Below, piece after piece: positions 52,001 to 61,000 of a stretch of 64,000 bases of DNA. The position numbers and the translations under genes were made by a program. A model generated the notes under the pieces. The model worked only from the letters and a program-made list of their open reading frames with translations. It made no database searches and was not told the DNA's origin. Position 1 is the first letter of the stretch; every line of letters begins with the position of its first letter. This DNA comes from a bacterium (GTDB lineage Bacteria > Patescibacteriota > Microgenomatia > UBA10105 > UBA927), in the NCBI GenBank assembly GCA_021817785.1, contig JAKAFY010000005.1, forward strand, positions 553 to 64,552, written 5' to 3'.

Positions 52001-55000
52001 TACATTTTTAATCTCCATACTCCTGAAGGCGGATCGAAATCAGGAAGTGGTTGACCCGCTATTTGCCGATCTAACGCGACAGATACGACTCTTACTCCCG
52101 TTTGATAAAGAGCCTGATGTACAACTTGCTACCATGCGCATGGTTCTTACGATTCTTCATGGAATCAAAGCCGGGGCGTTTCCGGCAGAGACGCTTGTGC
52201 GGTTTATCGGTGAAGCGGACGCCAATGTAAGTGGCGCATTCCGTGTGTTTGCATCATCCATCAAACAGCCTTCCGTACAGAACGTATTCATGCAGATGTC
52301 TGATGTAGTGGATGAGGCAAGTTCATTCCAGGATGAAATCACCATGCAAATGGCCATGTTATTTGAAATTGTTCGGTCAGGGGATATAGCGCATCTGCCC
52401 AAAGTGGCCACTACATTGCCCTCTGTATTGCAAAAATATCAGACGCGCACAGCAGGAGTGCCCATCGGTGATAACGCAGTAGGCTATGGCGCTGCCATGA
52501 CAAAAATACACACCCAGTTTGGACCAGATACTTTGAGGATGCGGGATGCGTCGCTTGAAATCATGCTCGTTCAAACCAATGAAAAGAAAGAGCGATTGGA
52601 AAACATTATCGATGACATGATCCGCGAATTGGGAGTACAGTCGAATAACCCATCGCAGCGGAAGCGGTATCAGCAGTTGTTCGTGAATATTTTGAGTTTT
52701 ATGTCGAGAAGTGATCAGCGAGCTACAAACCGTTTGAGCGCGAAAATAGCGCACGAAGTTGAGTTGCTTGACCATGCGTTAAACGATACAGTCGAGTCGC
52801 AAAAGATACTTGCGGAGATCGCAGTAGATGCGAAACCATTGCTTCCAACATTGTTTGCTACTCCTGCAGGAAGATCAGAAGTACGGGAAGCAGTGATACA
52901 ACAAACGGTTGATACAGTATTGCGCCGAAGGCTTCCGCTTGCCGCGTCGGATGATGAGGCAACGAAAAAAAATCCAACATATCCCCGATATACATCTGCG
53001 TTGAGAGAGTGGCACAACGCCGCATTGTTGTATATAGAGCATCAACATGGGGCTCCATCAGAAGCTATCGCAGTGCTACATGCGTTTCGGGATGCGGCGC
53101 ATGCAAATATCACAAATCCTCGGGATCGAGCACTTCGATTGATTCGGGAAGCGTATACAAAACGAAATAGTGACCCGGTCATATCTAGTGCCTTGACGCC
53201 GAAAGAACAGGATTTGTTGTTTGGTCATTATCTTTATTATTTATTTAACCAACAGGATCGTATCGCACAGTTCCCGACACTCGATAACGTAATAGGCAGA
53301 GATAATCTGGCGTTTGTGGGGAGTGTACGGAGAGATGATACTACCCAAGCAAACGCATTGGCTGCCAAACTCAAAACATCGCCTCTATTGTTGCAGCTTG
53401 ATAAAGATTTGGGCCCGATCGTCGCGGAATTGCAGGCAATAAAAAGTGCCGACACGACGTCGATATATGCCAACATAAAGTTTGGAATGGAGCAGCACTT
53501 TTCCATGACGGAGCGGTATGACCTCATTGTAAACCTGCTTGATTCGGATCAAGCGATATTTGATACGGCGATCAAATGGTTTACCGATAAAGGATTTGCT
53601 CATGTGAAGGAAGATTTCGGGACATGGGATGGCGGTGGAAGTAGTACGACAAACGCATCAGGTCATTTGGCACAGAATGCTGCTCCGGCGGCAAATGATA
53701 TCAACGCGCAAATTGCGAAGTTTGTGGGTGATATACAGGCCGCAGGGTACCCCGCAAACTATCCCGTGGTACTAAATGGAGTAGTACAGGATAAGTCCGT
53801 TGTTTTGAAGATTGATGTTTCTCGATTACAAGCTCAGCTAGAAAAGATAAGTACGGCGGCCAATCAAAGCTTTGATATTACGATTTCGTTAGGGAATGCT
53901 GAGGTGCTATTTGGAAGTATTGCTCGGTCAGGCGGCGTTACACGAATCAATCCCTACGATCGAAGTGGCGCGCGTACGATATCAAATGTAAGATTCGTGC
54001 TCCGACAACATATACAGTCTTTAGATCTTGCTCTTCGTGATAAGGCGAATGTGGATTTAGCTGTACTCAATAAGGTTTTATACGGTTTTCTTAGTAGTCA
54101 GACCGGCCCGACGGTGACGTTGACGCAGGACCAAGTTCTCCAGCTTATCGATGCCATGCGAAGCGAAATGAATCTTCAGGATGTGCCGGGACCTGTTAAA
54201 TTCGCCCTCGGAGCAGTCGGAATAAACGACAAAAGCATGGCGGCGATGACGATTGAGCCGAAGTTTTCAAACGGTATATGGAGTGTCGCAATACAGTTGG
54301 CAAAATTTAGCTTTACCGCTGAAATTCATACGAGCCAGACATCCGATCAGGGGTTTGAGATAGCGGGCTTACCCGGCGCGCTCACGCGTTTTGTGACGCC
54401 GGCAGAGATGATGCGAAGCATAAACAAACGACTGGCCAGGCACGGCGTTTCACGTCCCATTTCAAAACTTGATATTCAAAAGGATGGGAGTATCGTCGCC
54501 ACGTTTGAAGGGCAACAATCACAGATCCCTCGAGCACAGGGACAAGTACGGACCGGATTTGCCATATCGCTTGGCGTGGCTGCAGCGTATATCCTCAAAA
54601 TTCCGGTTGTGTTGACGGCGGCACACGCGGTACAGTCCATACTTATCGCTGCTGGGCATATCACTATTCCGATTTATTCATGGTTCCCGGATATGCAGCA
54701 TCAGATTTCCGCACTGTTCCAACCAGTGACGCTCCAATACGCTCTTTCTCTCGTAGGTATATCGGGAGCACGACCAGCTCCGTCGAAGGTTCCTGACATA
54801 CTCTCCGGTCCGACGCATACGATGTCTATGGCGGATAAACGCCAGATGCTTTCGCTTATCCCGCAGGGATTCCTCCAGGCGATCGTGACGCAGGTGTTGC
54901 GGAAACCGGGAGCGACATTTGCCAATTTCCGTGCCACGGTAGATCGGTATCGCTTTGTGACCGTGATGTTTGATGACCATCGCCCTGGGTTTGCCGCGTT

Positions 55001-58000
55001 GCAGCAGAACGTTGCCAAAGGAAAAATCGATGCTGCGGTGCTTCGGCAGTTCCGTATGATTTTGACGGAGCGCATCCTGAATGCCTTTATGGCGCATACC
55101 GGCAATATGATGATGACGCCAAAGACACCGTTGTATCAGTACGTGTTTATTTCAATGGCACAAAATCGTTCGACATTTTTACGGTCACTTCGGGAGTTTA
55201 TCGAAAGTAATGCCGCGGGAGAGGTGATCCAGCAGACGCTGAGAGAATATAAGCTCGATGGAATACTTCCGTACCGCAGGACCGGCGATTATCTTGGATT
55301 TTTCGTCGGCGGTGATCCTACGCAACCGCTCGTTCTTGAGAATGTCGACGGTAAACTTGTACAACATACACCATCGAGCCCTGATATTTCGGATACGGTG
55401 AATGCGGCACCTCTCGGAGTAGAAATCGAACAGGCAATTTCTATGGATCCAATCACTCTTCGGGCGTGGCAGGATACGGATTCATTGCCGATTTATATCG
55501 TAAATGCGCCGCAGGGACCAGGCGTCGTATCGGTCATATCAGATAAAAAAGGCGGCATTCCGATCTCCGTACGGCCGCTTGCCGTACAGGATATCATCGG
55601 ACCAGACGAACCAGCCCCCATAGTAACCGTAGCATCATTAACCGGGGATGAGATAGCCACGTTAAGTTCCCTTGCTCCGGATACGTATATCACACTTACG
55701 GATCTTGGCGCACATTTATCGCGGGCCGACCTGGATCGTATGGCCCGTGGGGAAACGATATATCTCCATGGCGCTTTGCACTCAGTCGTCCAGATGTCCC
55801 AGGAGATGAAAGAAGAAGGAGGGGTAGTCCATCAGGTTACCGCCGTGGATCTATCGCCGTTTAGTCTCATAAGTAAAGTGTTAAGTAATCTCCCGGATGC
55901 GGTGAACCTTCAGTCCGGATTCCAGGATGTATTGTCGTACTGGTACAAGCTGGTTGTTGCAGAATTTCGGAGTGTGGGACTTCATGCAGGACTCTTTGGT
56001 GGGGATGGTATGCAGGCGATCGGTAAACTTGATTCGCTTGACCAGTTGGTCGCGTATATGGATTTTGAGAAGTTGTTTGAGCAGGCACTTCGTGACGCAA
56101 AAGACGGCAAGATTTCTCCAAACGCTGCGGCCGCGGCGGCGGTGATTTTGGATCCGAAAAACGGTATCGCCGGTAACATCCTTGTGAAGGTCGGCTTCGT
56201 CCAAACTGAGGGAACACTGCGGATACTGCAAGGCAGTACGGAGTTTATTTTTGATGAAAACCCCGACGATATTTTGGCGACGAGGAAAAAGTTCCAGCCA
56301 GTGGCAGGGGAGAGCTACGACTCGATCGTCGCGCTGAATGCAGCGGCAGCAAAAGATATACAGGAGCGCTTTGGTAACAAATTTGCTTCCCGTGGATTAA
56401 AGATCATCCAGCAGGGGCAGAATTATTTCCTGGTGCGTCAGAAAGAAGCACAAAAAATAACAGTAAGTGAGACGCCCGTGGTTATCCCGCAACGACATGC
56501 TTCGTGGTGGCAACGAATTATGGATCAGGGGAGGCGTGTGATTGGAGGCGTGTGGAATTTCATAAAGACGGAAGCGCTTCGTTTTGCGGTAAGTAGTGAA
56601 AAGGGAAGATTGGTGATATCCGTACCGGGATCATCGAAGCTTCCGAAGGGGTTTGAGAATCTGAAAACGGTGGAAAATCGAATACATCAGACTGCCCCGG
56701 CGTCGTATCGCGCAACGATTGATGCACATTGGACGGAAATCATGACAGCGATTTTTAGCGAGGAAAAACGCTATAGAAACGGGGATGACAGGGGACTAAT
56801 AAACGCCATCAAAAATGCGTTATGGAAATTTACCGATAGCAAAGACGACACAGAAACAGTACAGTTTTTGGCGAATGTCGTACAGGATTACCGTGGTCAG
56901 ACCGTCGGATCATCACAAACACAAACAAAACAATCAGCGCCCCAAGCTGTCAAAGCACAGCCGCAAGCTTCTACGACGTTGGCTAAGCCAATCGTGACGA
57001 TAAGGAATATCGGGCGTAAATATATGCCCAATAAACTTGCGGGTAAATACCATCACGATAATCAGGACGCTGTTCCCGAGAGCGTTAAATGGCATGGAAA
57101 TTTATTTCAACTAGCGGCAGACGGCGTGACACGTGACGAAAACGGGGGCATATCCAAAGAGAGTGGTGTGATTGCATCACAGGCTGTGCGATGGCTTCAT
57201 AATGAGTTGCTCTATCTTTCCGACTCCACGGCAAATATCTTCGCAAAAATTAAACGAGTGCTTGATGACGCGAATGCAAACATGTTGTATAGACCGGCTG
57301 GTGCGCTTGCAACGGTCGCATTTACGTATGTCGATAGCTCTAATGGCGCTGTGTACGGCGCACAGGTGGGGGACGCCACGTCGTATGCCATATCGCTCGA
57401 CACCAATGAAATATATCTTCTGACGGATACGAAAGTCCTCAAAAAGGGAAAGCCGTATGACGGACAGCGCGTGTATTCAGTCTTAAAAGACGGTCAAACA
57501 CTGTCATCGGTACAAGGAGATGAAGTTGAGTCGGCATTTGGCGATAATTCTGTTCTAACAAGCATCCGGAAGAATACATTGCCTTTTGGCAAATATGTCA
57601 TCATTACCGGTTCGGATCAGGTAACGAAACTTCTGGAGCCCTATCTGGTGAAGCGATCTGTTCCGAATAGCGACCTTCAGCGTTTTGAGGCGACGGGAAA
57701 GCTCAAAGATGAGCTCTATTCATTCCTTCGAATATTACCGGGAGCCAAAAAAACAATTCTGGATATATTGAGCGAATTCCAGGACGCAACCGGCTCGCAA
57801 GATGACCTAAGTGTGACGGCTGATGAAGTAGAGATACGCATGCCGTCTGCTTCGTCTACTCTGCGTTATGGTTTTGATGTACAGATGCCGCAGCTTCAGG
57901 AAGCGTATCCAGAAACGGTGAAATGGTGGAAGGATCGGATAGCCGCAGTTCGGAATTTTGTATCCCACGCCTGGAACACCTGGGGCTACTCGCCGCGGGT

Positions 58001-61000
58001 AGTGGCGCTCGGGGAGGATCTCGATGCTGCGCGAAAGACCTATGCCAAGAAGACGATTGTCGATGCGATGGTGGGCGAGGTGCGGATTGACGGCGATATG
58101 CTGTATGCGTCGGGATTCCGTCCGACAAACGGGTTGTACGGCACGACGGATACGCCGGTTCTCTGGATGATCAAACTGACCCCAAGTCAGCAGAAGTTGT
58201 TTTCCGGATTAAGCCAGGAAGAGCGCCATACGAGAGTCGTCCAGATGATACATAATGCTACCGAAGTGATCGTCGACCAGCATGGGTTCCAAGCCGACCG
58301 GCGTGTGTTTGCCGAGCCCATGCAGCACATCATGGCGCCATATGGAGTAGCCGGCATCAATCAGGTTGCGGTCGCGCCTACCTTGGGTGGCGGGGAGGGG
58401 AGCTTCTCCGGGAAAACATCATATCTCTATGAAACCATGAAAGCCCAGTTTGCTGATTTTTTCACCGGGCTTGCAGGCGTCGTAAATGTAGATGGTGTGC
58501 GATTTCGGTTTATCGGCCACTCGACCGGCGCGGATATCGTCGCGTCACTTCTCCATGACCGGCCGAATTACGTGAAACCCGGCACCGATTTCCTCCTCGT
58601 GTCGCCGTATGTCGAGACGTTTGAAAAACAGATCATTGCGTTTCATTACGCGCCGAACGACGTAGTGTGGGGACCCCTGTATCAGTTTGTGAATACACGG
58701 TATGAAAACGTCTTTGTGTCCGCGTTTCAGCGTTTTCTCATCGTTGCTGCACGGTTGACCGGGCTTGACCGCATCATCATAGACACGCGGTTAAGTGGTT
58801 TGGCGGGTGATCCGGCTGTTGCCGACGCCGCAAGTGTGCATGGCATATATCAGCAGGCGATCGAAGCTGCGATGCGTTGGTATAACGACGTCCTCACACA
58901 GAAGCCGAAGCTCGTATTGGATCAAACTGTGGAGGAGTTGCGAGCCCGAGGTGTCGAGATTACTACTGTTGCATCGTTTGACGGCGGAGATCATATCGTC
59001 AATCAACAAGAGACAGAATTTTTTGCCGAGGAACACAATATACCGATGAAGAATTTTCCCAACAGCGGCCACTATCTTCGTTCAGAAGACTGGCAGGTAC
59101 TCGGGGATGCGTACAATCATAGTAGCGACATACAGGAATACGTCGTGAAGACGCTCCTGACAACGGCAAAAGACGTAACTGTTGCACAGTGGGAAGTCGG
59201 GGATAAAAGTCTCCTCCAAAAATGCGCGGCAAACGGGTGTACGACCGTGGCTGCGGTCAACGCTCTTCCCAACGGGCGCGATTTCCAACCGGAGCTCGTG
59301 TTTGGACATCGGGATGCGGTGTCTAAAGATGGGTATGTATTTGTTGCCCGCGTCATGATACTCGGAAAACCGTATGTCATCGATTTTATGGCCGAGCCGG
59401 GGAAAGTGGTTATATTGCCGTGGGATATGTACCAGAAGATGTATGCATTTACGCCCTACGAGTCCCCAGATCTCGTCCCGTCGTTCGGCTTCCCAGTAGA
59501 TCAAGAAGCAGATCTCGCCCGAAAGTTTTGGCCGGAACTGAAGTCACGGCACACGTTGAGTCTGACGACTCTTACGTCGCTTGATCCCAATGTCACAGCG
59601 GCAAAGGCCATGACGTTTGAACAAGGAGTGAAAGTGTGGTTTGCCGCGGCAGTCGCAGACACCGAAACACCACTGATACAGGAAGAAGTCCAACCTTCAC
59701 AATCAGATTGGATTGCAGCCCTTGAAGAGCCGGAATGTTGGGCGATGGCGCCGGTCGCGTATGCACAAGGCCCGAGTGGGGGAGGAAAGCCATGTTCTGT
59801 ACAGGTCCGCGCGGCGTTGAAAGCGCTCCCGGCGCTTGGCATCGGATCGGTCGTAAACGTGTGGCACTACAGTAAGCAGTTTGTGGGGTGGGCCGGTCAG
59901 CTGTGGCAGGGGATATTTCGATTGTTATCGCAGAATGATGGTGGGTATGCAGCTCCGATAAATCAGATAAAAGCTGTTACAGGTGTCATACGTAGTGTAG
60001 GCACGACAGGTGCAATGCACTCTGCGCTCGATCAGGTGTCGCAAATTATTGATCCCATAGAGCGGGAATTTCCGTTTCCGAACGAAGAGATAAAACAGTA
60101 TACAGACGCGGATTACCGAAGTATGTTCGGAGGCACTCGAAAGCAATTTATCGCTGCATTTAATGATTTAACACAAACTCTTTTGAGAGTAGCACGTACC
60201 GATTCCAATGAAGAAGTGCGGCGAAGATCGACCATTATTCTTTCGTCAATGCAGCAAGTGCGTTATACGTTTGGTATGACGGCTCAGACATATACGCGGT
60301 ATAACTTTGATGAGTGGTACGGGGCGCTTGATAACGATATGCTTCGGTTGTTGCGTTTACTTACTGGATTGTGGGTAACCCGCGGTCAGGAAAAGGTTCT
60401 TGCCCAGAAAATGCTTACAGATCACGAAGTGCTCCGAAAAAAATATAATCTTCCCGCTGATGATCTCTACGAACTCAATCCCACAGAATATGCAAATAGT
60501 CTTGAGTCACTCAGGCAGAAGTATGATATATCGGTTACATCAATGCGGGAGCGTGATTTTAACGCAATTTTTACACCTGGAGATGAAGAACACGCTGCGG
60601 GTGGAGCGACGTTACCCAATGGATCAATAGTTCTAAAAGACCGCATCATGAATACGTGGAGGACGGATCCTACGAGTATGCATCTTTATGAACATGAATT
60701 GATTCACGCGATTCAAAAGAAACTTTATCCGGGATTGTCTCATGAAGAGCAAGAATACGAGGCATATGTCGCAGAAAGGTATTTAATTCATGAATTACAA
60801 CTAAGTCAAGATAAGGGGCTTGAGTTGTTTATGCGCGGTTTCCAGACATCAATTATTGCGCTATACGCGAGGCAAGGAAAAACGCCACCATGGGCTTCTA
60901 TTATTATTCCAAGGGATATTGAGTTTTTGGAGCCTGAACAAATGTTAAAAGATATAGAAGCGGAATTCCCTTCTCAACGATATCAATTTGACCGGCCGAA

